Assembly: GCF_945869175.1 (NCBI RefSeq)
Contig: NZ_CAMBNZ010000003.1
Coordinates: forward strand, 2,545-66,544
Direction: 5' to 3'
DNA length: 64,000 bases
From: Limnohabitans sp. Rim8
GTDB lineage: Bacteria; Pseudomonadota; Gammaproteobacteria; Burkholderiales; Burkholderiaceae_C
In this document: piece by piece, positions 50,981 through 59,872 of the stretch
How the letters are laid out: each line of letters starts with the position of its first letter
Numbering within the stretch: position 1 is the stretch's first letter
Translations under genes and position numbers: made by a program
The notes under the pieces: model-generated
Told to the model about the DNA's origin: nothing
Database searches by the model: none
Seen by the model: only the letters and a program-made list of their open reading frames with translations

Positions 50981-51913
50981 ATGCAAAGTCCCAAAGATTG
51001 GCTCACGCCAGACGCCCTGTTCATGCTGCAAACCATTGCCGAGCAAGGCAGTTTTGCAGCCGCCGCGCGCCATTTGGGCCTGGTGCCCAGCGCCTTGACT
51101 TACCGTGTGCGGCAGCTGGAAGACGCACTCGATGTGTTGCTGTTTGACCGCAGTGCGCGTCAAGCCCGCCCGACCGCAGCAGGTCAGGAACTGCTGCGCG
51201 AGGCGGGGCGCTTGCTGCTGGACATCGACAGCGTGGCCAACCGCGTCAAACGTGTGGCCACCGGTTGGGAGGGTGTGCTCACGGTGGCGGTCGACAGCAT
51301 CATGGCCCGCGACGTGGTGATGGACATGTGCGAGGCCTTTTTGGCGCTGAACAGCCCCACCCGCTTGCGGATTCGCAACGAGGCTTTGTCCGGCACCATG
51401 GCCGCACTGACCTCGGGGCAGGCCGACTTGGCTTTGGGGGTTGTGCTGGGACAGCACATGGCCGCCGACATCCAACACATTGCTCTGGGCGACGTGCCAT
51501 TTGTCTTTGCTGTGGCACCCCAACACCCCTTGGCCCATGCACCAGAGCCCTTGAGCAATGCCTTGCTGCTGCAACACCGGGTGGTCGCCGTGGCCGATTC
51601 GGTGCAGCGTGGCAGCGGCCTCACGGTGGGCCTGCAAGGCGGTCAAGATGTTTTCACGGTGCCTGACATGCCCAGCAAATTGCAAGCGCAATTGCGGGGC
51701 CTTGGCGCAGGATTTTTGCCGCAACGTCTGGCGCAGCCCTTTGTCGCGAAGGGTCAACTGGTGATCAAGACCACCGAACAAACACGTCTGAACAGCGTGC
51801 ATGCCGCATGGCGCGACAGCCGCCTGAGTCCAGCAGGCCACGCCTTGCTGTGGTGGACGGCACAGCTCAACAAGGCGGCGACGCGGGAAGCTTTGCTGGG
51901 AGTCAAGCCCTGA
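50981..51913 (+). CDS. LysR-family transcriptional regulator
   Basis: 310 aa. It has the wHTH FMLQTIAEQGSFAAAARHLGLVPSALTYRVRQLE and a substrate-binding C-terminal domain. Confidence 0.9.
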   Translation: MQSPKDWLTPDALFMLQTIAEQGSFAAAARHLGLVPSALTYRVRQLEDALDVLLFDRSARQARPTAAGQELLREAGRLLLDIDSVANRVKRVATGWEGVLTVAVDSIMARDVVMDMCEAFLALNSPTRLRIRNEALSGTMAALTSGQADLALGVVLGQHMAADIQHIALGDVPFVFAVAPQHPLAHAPEPLSNALLLQHRVVAVADSVQRGSGLTVGLQGGQDVFTVPDMPSKLQAQLRGLGAGFLPQRLAQPFVAKGQLVIKTTEQTRLNSVHAAWRDSRLSPAGHALLWWTAQLNKAATREALLGVKP

Positions 51914-51981
51914 GGCCAAGGGGCATCGGGACAAACCCACCCAAACGACAATCACGCGCATTTCTGGGCTAAAGTGGCAGC

Positions 51982-53028
51982 ATGACCACACAACACATCG
52001 CCATCATTGGTGTCGGCATGGCCGGCGTGACTTGCGCCCGCACCTTGCGCCAAGCCGGACACAACGTCACTTTGTTTGAAAAAAGCCGGGGCCTCGGAGG
52101 ACGCATGTCCACCCGCGCCAGCGCATTCGGCAGTTTTGACCACGGAGCCCAGTACTTCACCGTCCGCGATCCCCGTTTTGAACTGGCGATGGGCACCGCA
52201 CCGGGCGTCTGCAAGCCCTGGAGCGCCAATGCCGTGCGTGTACTCGATCCCAATGGGCGCGTGATCGAAGCCGGGCTGCCGGGCGGCGAGCGCCATTGGG
52301 TGGCTGCACCCGGCATGAACGCCTTGGTCAAAGCCTGGGCGGCGCCCCTGCTGGACGACGGCAATGTGCAGCTGCAAACCCGAGTGACGCAGATCATGGC
52401 CGACCCCCTGAGGAAAAACGGTTGGCAGTTGCAAACCGAAACCGAAGACGGCGGGCACCGCGTCTACGCTGGTTTTGACAAAGTCATCTTGGCCATTCCG
52501 CCAGAGCAAGCCAGCGCTTTGCTCCAAGCCTCGGGGCAAAGTGCCTTGGCGCAGCCCTTGGCCTCCGTTCGGGTGGACCCTTGCTGGACCCTCATGTTGG
52601 CCTACCCCCAAGCCGTCCAACCGGGTCTGATCACCTTGGGGCCGCAATGGAACGCCGCCCGCAGCACACACCACCGCATCGCCTGGATGGCCCGCGAATC
52701 GTCCAAGCCCGGCCGTGAACGCATTGAACGCTGGACAGTTCAAGCCAGCGCCCCTTGGTCGGCCGAACATGTCAACGATACCCCCGAGCGCGTCAAAGGC
52801 AAGCTGATCAAGGCCTTTGCAGAAATCACCGGCATCCGCGTGACCCCGGCGCATGCCGAAGTTCACCGATGGCTTTACGCCAAAACTGCGCAGCCTTTGG
52901 GCCACAGTTTCTGGTGGTCGAAAGACCAAGGCATTGGCCTGTGCGGCGACTGGTGCTTGGGCCACCGGGTGGAAGACGCCTTTGTGTCTGGCCTCGAGTT
53001 GGCTTTGGCGGTGCTCAAAAAACGATGA
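51982..53028 (+). CDS. NAD(P)/FAD-dependent oxidoreductase (renalase-like amine-oxidase fold)
   Basis: 348 aa. It has the dinucleotide motif IAIIGVGMAGVTCA...EKSRGLGGRM and DHGAQYF. Confidence 0.75.
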   Translation: MTTQHIAIIGVGMAGVTCARTLRQAGHNVTLFEKSRGLGGRMSTRASAFGSFDHGAQYFTVRDPRFELAMGTAPGVCKPWSANAVRVLDPNGRVIEAGLPGGERHWVAAPGMNALVKAWAAPLLDDGNVQLQTRVTQIMADPLRKNGWQLQTETEDGGHRVYAGFDKVILAIPPEQASALLQASGQSALAQPLASVRVDPCWTLMLAYPQAVQPGLITLGPQWNAARSTHHRIAWMARESSKPGRERIERWTVQASAPWSAEHVNDTPERVKGKLIKAFAEITGIRVTPAHAEVHRWLYAKTAQPLGHSFWWSKDQGIGLCGDWCLGHRVEDAFVSGLELALAVLKKR

Positions 53029-53048
53029 CCTGAGCATGCTGACCCCGT

Positions 53049-53942
53049 ATGTCTGAGGTCTATACAGGCCGGTTTGCGCCCTCGCCAACCGGCCATTTGC
53101 ATGCCGGCTCGCTGGTGGCCGCTCTGGCCAGCTGGCTGGATGCCCGCGCCCACGGTGGCCGATGGTTGGTGCGCATCGAAGATGTGGACACCCCGCGCTG
53201 CGTGCCGGGAGCCGACCCAGCGATCTTGCAGCAACTGGCAGCCTGTGGTTTGGTCCCTGACGAAGCCGTGGTGTGGCAAACGCAGCGCAACGACCTCTAC
53301 GCCACCGCGCTCCAAACTTTGGTGACGCGAGGCTGGGCCTACCCCTGTGGCTGCTCGCGCAAAGACATTGAATCGGCCCAGACTGTGGCTCGGCACAGTG
53401 CCGCCATCTACCCCGGGACCTGCCGCCATGGCCTGAACGGCCGGCCCGCACGCGCTTGGCGACTCAACGTGCAGGCCGTGCAAGCGGCCTTGGGCCTGCC
53501 CACCATCACCCGCTGGCAAGACCGCCGCTTGGGGCCGCAACAGCAAAACGTGGGGCAGGAAGTGGGCGACTTTGTGTTGCGCCGCGCCGACGGCCTGTGG
53601 GCCTACCAACTGGCGGTGGTGGTGGACGATGCCGCTCAAGGCATCACCCATGTGGTGCGCGGCCAAGACCTGGCCGACAACACGGCCCGGCAAATCCTGC
53701 TGCAAGCCGCCTTGGGCCTGCCCACCCCAGACTACCTGCACACCCCCCTGGTGCTGGCTGCAAATGGCGAAAAACTCAGCAAGCAAAATGGGGCTCTGGC
53801 GCTGGACTTGCACACACAGCAGACCGTGTTGACTGCACTCAATGCTGCGGCGCAAGTGCTGGGCCTGCCGCTGGTGCCTGAGCACACGGTCACAGAACAA
53901 GCGCTGGCAAAGTGGGCGGCCATGCGCGGATCGCCACGATAA
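53049..53942 (+). CDS. gluQ: glutamyl-Q tRNA(Asp) synthetase
   Basis: 297 aa. It is a truncated GluRS catalytic domain with [22 protein letters not shown] and KLSKQ. Confidence 0.88.
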   Translation: MSEVYTGRFAPSPTGHLHAGSLVAALASWLDARAHGGRWLVRIEDVDTPRCVPGADPAILQQLAACGLVPDEAVVWQTQRNDLYATALQTLVTRGWAYPCGCSRKDIESAQTVARHSAAIYPGTCRHGLNGRPARAWRLNVQAVQAALGLPTITRWQDRRLGPQQQNVGQEVGDFVLRRADGLWAYQLAVVVDDAAQGITHVVRGQDLADNTARQILLQAALGLPTPDYLHTPLVLAANGEKLSKQNGALALDLHTQQTVLTALNAAAQVLGLPLVPEHTVTEQALAKWAAMRGSPR

Positions 53943-53974
53943 TCACAGGCTTTGCACACACCCCCTGCCCATCC

Positions 53975-54715
53975 ATGACGACGCCTGAAGACCGCACGAC
54001 CGCCCCGGCAGACCCCGCCCTTGAAGCCCCAGAAGCCCCCTTCATGCGGCAAATCAAAACCTATGTGCTGCGTGCAGGGCGGATGGGCTCGGGCCAAGTG
54101 CGGGCTTTTGAGCAGTTCGGCCCTCAGTTTTTGATCGCCTACAGCCCAGAGCGTCTGGATGTGCAGGCCGCTTTTGGGCGCAACGCACCTTTGATTCTTG
54201 AAATCGGTTTTGGCATGGGCGATGCCACCGCCAAAATCGCGCATGTGCGCCCCGACGACAATTTTTTGTGCTGCGAAGTGCACGAGCCCGGCGTCGGCGC
54301 TTTGCTCAAACGCTGCGGCGAAGAAAACATCGTCAACATCCGCATCGTGCGCCACGACGCCATCGAGGTCATGGACCACATGCTGGGCGCAGACAGTCTG
54401 GACGGCGTGCACATCTTCTTTCCGGACCCTTGGCACAAGAGCCGCCACCACAAGCGCCGCTTGATCCAGTCGCCCTTCATCCATCGCCTGGCAGGGCACA
54501 TCAAGCCCGGTGGCTACCTGCATTTGGCCACCGACTGGCAGCCCTATTCCGAACAAATGATGGGCGTGCTGCGGGGTGAGCCTTTGCTGGTGAACACCAG
54601 CGATGCCGCCGATGGCTTTGCTGTAAAGCCTGGCTACCGGCCCCTGACCAAGTTTGAAAACCGGGGCCTCCAACTCGGCCACGGTGTGTGGGATTTGGTA
54701 TTCCGCCGGGTCTGA
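53975..54715 (+). CDS. trmB: tRNA (guanine46-N7)-methyltransferase
   Basis: The ORF is trimmed to the ATG at 53975. It has [24 protein letters not shown] and TKFENRG. Confidence 0.9.
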   Translation: MTTPEDRTTAPADPALEAPEAPFMRQIKTYVLRAGRMGSGQVRAFEQFGPQFLIAYSPERLDVQAAFGRNAPLILEIGFGMGDATAKIAHVRPDDNFLCCEVHEPGVGALLKRCGEENIVNIRIVRHDAIEVMDHMLGADSLDGVHIFFPDPWHKSRHHKRRLIQSPFIHRLAGHIKPGGYLHLATDWQPYSEQMMGVLRGEPLLVNTSDAADGFAVKPGYRPLTKFENRGLQLGHGVWDLVFRRV

Positions 54716-54716
54716 T

Positions 54717-55625
54717 ATGCACGACTCAAGGCAAGCGGTTCATTGGCCCATGCGCGATGGCGTGAGTGCCAGTGTCGTATCGGTGCCGCAAGGCGCACCC
54801 CACTTGCTCGATTTCTTGGCCCAACGCATGCCGGGCATCTCACGCAGCGAATGGGCCGAGCGCTTGGCGCAAGGCCTGGTGCTGCATGAAAACGGGCAAA
54901 CTGCCCTGCCCGACCAAGCCTGCCAACCCGGCCAACGCCTGTATTACTACCGCCATCTGGCCAACGAACCGGTCTTGCCGTTTCAGGTGCAGATCCTGTT
55001 TGAAGACGCGCACTTGCTGGTGGCCGACAAGCCGCATTTCATGCCGGTCACCCCTTCAGGGCGCTACGTGCAACAAAGCCTGCTGGTGCAGCTCAAACGC
55101 CGGACCGGCTTGAGCAATCTGGTGCCCTTGCACCGCATTGACCGGGAAACGGCCGGCTTGGTGCTGTTGGGCAAACGCCTGCAAGACCGCGATGCCTACC
55201 ATGCGCTTTTTCGGGACCACCACATCCACAAGCTTTACCATGCCGTCGCACCTTGGCGGGCTGACCGGGCTGTGCCCACGGTCTACGCCAGCCGTTTGGT
55301 GCCGGGGGATCCGTTTTTCAGAACACAAGAGGTGCCGGGTACACCCAACAGTGAAACCCGCATCAGCCTGTTGCGCACCTCCGGTCTGCGGGCCTTGTAC
55401 CAACTCGAACCCGTCACCGGCAAGCGCCACCAACTGCGGGTGCACATGAACGCCTTGGATTTGCCCATCGAGGGCGACCAGTTCTACCCCACCGTCTTGC
55501 GTGGCCCCGACGCCCCCGAAGACTTCGGCCAGCCCTTGCAACTGCTGGCCCAGTCGGTGCGTTTTACCGACCCGATCACAGGTCAAGCCCACGCGTTTGA
55601 AAGCCAGCGCCAGCTGGCGCTGTGA
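54717..55625 (+). CDS. RluA-family pseudouridine synthase
   Basis: The ORF is trimmed to the ATG at 54717. It has the catalytic motif LVPLHRIDRETAGLVLL and, later, TGKRHQLRVHM. Confidence 0.85.
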   Translation: MHDSRQAVHWPMRDGVSASVVSVPQGAPHLLDFLAQRMPGISRSEWAERLAQGLVLHENGQTALPDQACQPGQRLYYYRHLANEPVLPFQVQILFEDAHLLVADKPHFMPVTPSGRYVQQSLLVQLKRRTGLSNLVPLHRIDRETAGLVLLGKRLQDRDAYHALFRDHHIHKLYHAVAPWRADRAVPTVYASRLVPGDPFFRTQEVPGTPNSETRISLLRTSGLRALYQLEPVTGKRHQLRVHMNALDLPIEGDQFYPTVLRGPDAPEDFGQPLQLLAQSVRFTDPITGQAHAFESQRQLAL

Positions 55626-56324
55626 TCAGCCCGTGGTGGGCAAACGCTTCAGACCCCACCAGCGCCAACGCAACCAAACCGCCTGAATGACAAGGCTGCT
55701 GCCCCAAATCGCCAAAAACGCAAAGACGATGTCACTCAAAAAATGGCCCCCTTGGACAATACGCACCCAGCCAATGGCGCTGCCCAAAACAAGACCCGTC
55801 AAAAGCCAGCGCCTGCGTCCACCAGGAGCGGCCCACATGCCAAAAGCCAATGCACAAAACCCCAAGGCGGCATGACCGCTGACAAAAGAGCAATTGCGCT
55901 CACACGCTTGACTGACCTGGAACGCCGGCACAAAGGCCGCCGCGCCACCCATCTCCTGCACCTGGTTGGGCCGTGGACGGCCCACCTGGTTTTTCAGGGC
56001 CTCATGCACCAACAAGCCATTGCCCAAAAAAGCCACCAAAATCCAGGCCAAACACCTGCGAGACAAACCCCGCGAGATGCGTTCAGGCCGCAGCCAACGC
56101 AGGACCAGCACCAGCAGCGTCCATGCGGTCAACACCCACCCCAGGCGTGGGGCCCACACATAAACCGCCTGAACCGACACCCATTGTTTGGCCGGAAACT
56201 GGCCCGCCGAATCATAAAAACGCAAAGCGACCCACAAATCCAGTTCTGGCCACCCCAGAAAAATGCCGCATGCCAGCACAAAACAAGCGCCCCACATGAC
56301 ACCCCAACGGTGGCGCGACTTCAT
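55626..56324 (-). CDS. PAP2-family lipid phosphatase (LpxE/LpxF/PgpB-like), distal gene of the remodelling operon
   Basis: 232 aa membrane protein with all three acid-phosphatase motifs: KNQVGRPRP, SFVSGHAA and VRIVQGGHFLSD. An ATGA overlap links it to the upstream ArnT-like gene. Confidence 0.85.
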   Translation of the reverse strand: MKSRHRWGVMWGACFVLACGIFLGWPELDLWVALRFYDSAGQFPAKQWVSVQAVYVWAPRLGWVLTAWTLLVLVLRWLRPERISRGLSRRCLAWILVAFLGNGLLVHEALKNQVGRPRPNQVQEMGGAAAFVPAFQVSQACERNCSFVSGHAALGFCALAFGMWAAPGGRRRWLLTGLVLGSAIGWVRIVQGGHFLSDIVFAFLAIWGSSLVIQAVWLRWRWWGLKRLPTTG

Positions 56325-57937
56325 GGCTTGGCGACCTCAACGGGGCGGCGCAGCACCGTCATGCCCTGCACCGTCGCCAAGGTTTCCCAATGGGCAAATT
56401 CAGCGGCGCGTTTGACAGGCACGAGCACCATATCTGCCCGTTCGAGCTGTTTCACCATGGCCTCTTGCCTGTAAAAAGCGAATGAGGGCCAATTGCCGCC
56501 CACCTGCGCCACGGTCCCTGTCCATGCGCGTGCCGCCAAGCCCAATGTTTTGACCGGGCCTTGCAAATGGTTGGACCACCAGGGCCAGATGAACAGCGTC
56601 ATCACCAGGGCATGCACCAAAGCCATGACCGACAACACCCCCACAGCGCCCAACCGTTGGCGGGCCCGGGGCCACCACAGCCAAGCGGCCACAGCACAGG
56701 CCCAGGCCATGCCCACTGGCCACAGCTGCGCGGTGTACAGCGCCAAAGGCTCACTCCAAGCCCAACCCACTGGGAGGCCCTGCGTTTGATGGAGCCAAAC
56801 CATGGGCAAAACCAGCATGAGGGCTTGCCACAACACCAGCATGACCCCGCACAGCAGGCCCTGCCAGGACCGCCAATGCGCCAGTCCGGCCACCAGCAAA
56901 ACGACCATCCCTGGCGCTGCATAAATGCCATAGTGCGGCAGCTTGGTGCTCGACAGGCTGAAAAAAACCAGCACAAATGCCACCCAAATCAAGGCGCGCC
57001 TGACCACGACATCGCGCCAGAGCAAGCCCACACGCCGCCACCAAACCAGCAGCAAAGGCGTCCAAGGCAGCCAAAGCAAAGGGGCCACCAGCACAAAATA
57101 AAACCAGCCCCCCGCGTGCCCCTCCATGGGTGCGGCAAAGCGGTCAATGTTGTGCCGCAAGATGAACCCTTCCACAAAGCCCTGGCCGTGACGCCACAAA
57201 GCGTAGGCGTACCAAGGCACAGCGATGGCCAGCAAAATGGCCCACGCCTTCACATCCAACAAGGCCTGTCTCAGCAGACGCCACTGGCCCTCTGTCAAGC
57301 AGGCCAACAGGAACACCGCCCCGGGAATCAACACGGCCACGGGCCCCTTGACCAGCAGTCCCAACCCCACCCAGGCGGCCAATCGGCGCAATGAGGACAG
57401 GTCGCCACGCGCCATGTAACGCCAAAGATCCAGCGCACTGAGCATCAAAAACAGGCCCAAAAGGGCATCGGCAGTGGCGGCGTGGGCCATGGCCCAACTG
57501 CCAAAACTGGTGACATGGACCACGGCAGCCAGCGCCGCCGCACGCCAACCCCAACGGGGCGCCACAAAACCGCTCACCGCCAAAGCAGCCGCCCAAGTGG
57601 CCAAAGCCGAGGGCAAGCGCATCGCAAACTCATTGACGCCAAAGACCAAGGCACCCAGCGCTTGCAACCAATAAACGCCAATGGGCTTGTCGAAGCGGTC
57701 CGCACCATTGAGGGTGGTGTGCCCCCAATCACCCGAGACCAGCATTTCTCGTGTGGCCTCTGAAAAAGCACCCTCGTCCACATCAAACAAAGGCGCTTGC
57801 CCCAATCCCAAGAGCAAGAACGCCAGCAAGCCCAAAGCCAATCCCCACATCCAGGTGGGTGGGCGCTCAGGCCACTGCCGCCTGGCGGGATGCCCTGACA
57901 CCTCAGGGTTTGACATGCCAGGCCTCTGCATCGTCAA
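56321..57937 (-). CDS. ArnT-like GT-C glycosyltransferase (PMT_2/GT83), polyprenyl-phosphate-sugar dependent
   Basis: 538 aa polytopic protein. DVDEGAFSEATREMLVSGDW...DRFDKPIGVYW parallels E. coli ArnT DETRYAEISREMLASGDW...RYFEKPIAGYW (from memory). The later blocks VKGPVAVL, HNIDRF and STKLPHY also parallel ArnT. The start is uncertain, between 57850 and 57937. Confidence 0.85.
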   Translation of the reverse strand: MTMQRPGMSNPEVSGHPARRQWPERPPTWMWGLALGLLAFLLLGLGQAPLFDVDEGAFSEATREMLVSGDWGHTTLNGADRFDKPIGVYWLQALGALVFGVNEFAMRLPSALATWAAALAVSGFVAPRWGWRAAALAAVVHVTSFGSWAMAHAATADALLGLFLMLSALDLWRYMARGDLSSLRRLAAWVGLGLLVKGPVAVLIPGAVFLLACLTEGQWRLLRQALLDVKAWAILLAIAVPWYAYALWRHGQGFVEGFILRHNIDRFAAPMEGHAGGWFYFVLVAPLLWLPWTPLLLVWWRRVGLLWRDVVVRRALIWVAFVLVFFSLSSTKLPHYGIYAAPGMVVLLVAGLAHWRSWQGLLCGVMLVLWQALMLVLPMVWLHQTQGLPVGWAWSEPLALYTAQLWPVGMAWACAVAAWLWWPRARQRLGAVGVLSVMALVHALVMTLFIWPWWSNHLQGPVKTLGLAARAWTGTVAQVGGNWPSFAFYRQEAMVKQLERADMVLVPVKRAAEFAHWETLATVQGMTVLRRPVEVAKP

Positions 57938-58928
57938 GCACCTTTTGGGTGGTCGTGTGGTAGGCCATGGACCGACCTCCGTCGAAATAGGTGCGCATCA
58001 ACAACTCCGACAGCACGCCCGTGGTGAGGAACTGCAAACCGGCCACCAAACAGAAAAAACCCACGAACATCAAGGGCCGCGTGCCAATGGATTCGCCCAT
58101 CATTTTGAGCACCGCCATGTAGGCCAGCATCAAGGCCCCTGCGCCCCCGACCAACAAGCCCAGCCCCCCAAAAAAATGGCCCGGCCGCGTGCCAAAGCGC
58201 AAAAAGAAGTGGATGGACAACAAGTCCACCAACACACGCAAGGTGCGGGACAGGCCATATTTTGATTGGCCTTTGGTGCGCGCATAGTGACTGACCGCCA
58301 CCTCGGCCATGCGGTCGGGTGAAGTGACCGTGGCCATCCACGCCGGAATGAAGCGGTGCATCTCGCCATACAAGCGGATTTTGCGCAGCACCTCGGTTCG
58401 AAATGCCTTGAGGCTGCAGCCCAAATCCTGAAACGCCAAACCACTGACGCTTCGAATCAGGTGGTTGGCCATGCGCGAGGGCAGTTTGCGCAAAAAGAAG
58501 CCGTCCTGCCGGTTTTGTCGCCACCCTGCCACCAAGTCCAGGTCTTCTTCAAGCAGCTTGCGCACCAGCAAAGGAATGTCTTTCGGGTCGTTTTGCAGGT
58601 CACCGTCCATGGTGACGATCACATCGCCCCGAGCCGCGTCAATGCCCGCCTGCATGGCAGCAGTCTGCCGAAAGTTGCGCAACAAACGCACAACGCGGAT
58701 GTGGGGCCCGACTTCAAGCGCTCGCTCTTTCAGAAATTGCCAGGTCAGGTCACGGCTGCCGTCATCCACCACCACCAACTCCCAAGGATGGGGGTACTCG
58801 GCCAAAGCGTTGTTCACCGCATCGATCAGATCGCGGGCCAGCTCCTCTTCGTTGTACATGGGCACCACCACCGACAAGCGGTGCGCAGGCATGGGTAGGG
58901 TGAAAAGATCTTTTGGTTTTTCTTGCAT
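57903..58928 (-). CDS. ArnC/GtrB/DPM1-like GT2 polyprenyl-phosphate glycosyltransferase
   Basis: 341 aa. It has LSVVVPMYNEE, VVVDDGSRD, TMDGDLQNDP and RQNRQD, plus two C-terminal TM helices. It is collinear with ArnC as I remember it. Confidence 0.85.
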   Translation of the reverse strand: MQEKPKDLFTLPMPAHRLSVVVPMYNEEELARDLIDAVNNALAEYPHPWELVVVDDGSRDLTWQFLKERALEVGPHIRVVRLLRNFRQTAAMQAGIDAARGDVIVTMDGDLQNDPKDIPLLVRKLLEEDLDLVAGWRQNRQDGFFLRKLPSRMANHLIRSVSGLAFQDLGCSLKAFRTEVLRKIRLYGEMHRFIPAWMATVTSPDRMAEVAVSHYARTKGQSKYGLSRTLRVLVDLLSIHFFLRFGTRPGHFFGGLGLLVGGAGALMLAYMAVLKMMGESIGTRPLMFVGFFCLVAGLQFLTTGVLSELLMRTYFDGGRSMAYHTTTQKVLDDAEAWHVKP

Positions 58929-58939
58929 ACATCACCCTT

Positions 58940-59872
58940 TTATTTTGAAATTGTCCTTGCGCTCGACAAAGCACCCAGGCCCCAAACGCCGGCCAAGCCC
59001 AAGGAGATCGCCAGACAAAATGCGTGGACCCCCAAAGCGACCAGCCCCAGCATAGGTGCAGCGGCCACAGGCAAGCCGGAAAACAGCCAAACACCGGCTT
59101 CGTAAGTGCCCAAACCCGCGGGCCCTTGCACCGGCAGCATAGCGGCCAACTCACCGCCCAGGGCCCCGGCCCATGCCTGTGCAAAGTCCAAGGACGCATT
59201 CTCTGGGGCCAGGCTGTGCAAAAGCCCAGCCACCGCCAGCAGTTTGAGGAGCCAGTTGCCCCAACTCAAGAGCCATCCCGACAAGCCACTGCGCCGGTGC
59301 ATCAATGAGCGGACAAAGACCATGCCCTTGATGCGGCGCTTCAACAGCCAAAGCCACAGACGGGCGGGCGCGGTCAACAAGCCGACCCACAACAGGGCCA
59401 TGAGCACTCGCCAAGCCACTGGAACACCAGGCCACAGCCAGAGAGCCAAGGTGGCCAAGACCATCACATCTTGCAAACGCAACCAGACCAAACTGCGCCA
59501 AGACGCTTGCCAACTGGCCCCAAACACCTGTTTGACCAGCATGGGGTAGCCCAGCTCACCCGCACGCATGGGCAAAAGCAGGACCGCCGCATTGTGAAAA
59601 AGGATCACCCGCATGGCTTCTCGCCAAAGCACCCAGCGTTTCCATTGCCATTCTCGCCTCAAGCGTTCGGCACGCAAGGCCAAACTCCCCGACCACAACA
59701 GCCCCGCCATCAGCCAACCCCACACAGGAACGGTTGACCAGACTGCCTTCAAGGCTTGGGGGTCGACACTTTGCCAAGCCCACGCTAGCAAAGACAGGGC
59801 CAACACACTGCCCAACACAAAGGCCGTCAGTTTCAGTGGGTTCACCCGGCGCACCTTGACCGTTTCAGTCAT
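58940..59872 (-). CDS. UPF0104 / lysyl-PG-synthase-TM-domain family membrane protein (MprF flippase-domain-like)
   Basis: The ORF is trimmed to the ATG at 59872, giving 310 aa with about 8 TM segments. It carries the family-typical PMRAGELG (PxRxGE) and GPAGLGTYEAG (PGGLG-like) motifs. Confidence 0.7.
   Translation of the reverse strand: MTETVKVRRVNPLKLTAFVLGSVLALSLLAWAWQSVDPQALKAVWSTVPVWGWLMAGLLWSGSLALRAERLRREWQWKRWVLWREAMRVILFHNAAVLLLPMRAGELGYPMLVKQVFGASWQASWRSLVWLRLQDVMVLATLALWLWPGVPVAWRVLMALLWVGLLTAPARLWLWLLKRRIKGMVFVRSLMHRRSGLSGWLLSWGNWLLKLLAVAGLLHSLAPENASLDFAQAWAGALGGELAAMLPVQGPAGLGTYEAGVWLFSGLPVAAAPMLGLVALGVHAFCLAISLGLAGVWGLGALSSARTISK

Noticed and set aside
55623-55628. The stop codons of the convergent rluA-like and PAP2 genes abut directly (TGATCA).
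   Set aside because: This is tight packing of convergent genes with zero spacer. It is curious but has no evident functional implication and there is no terminator structure.
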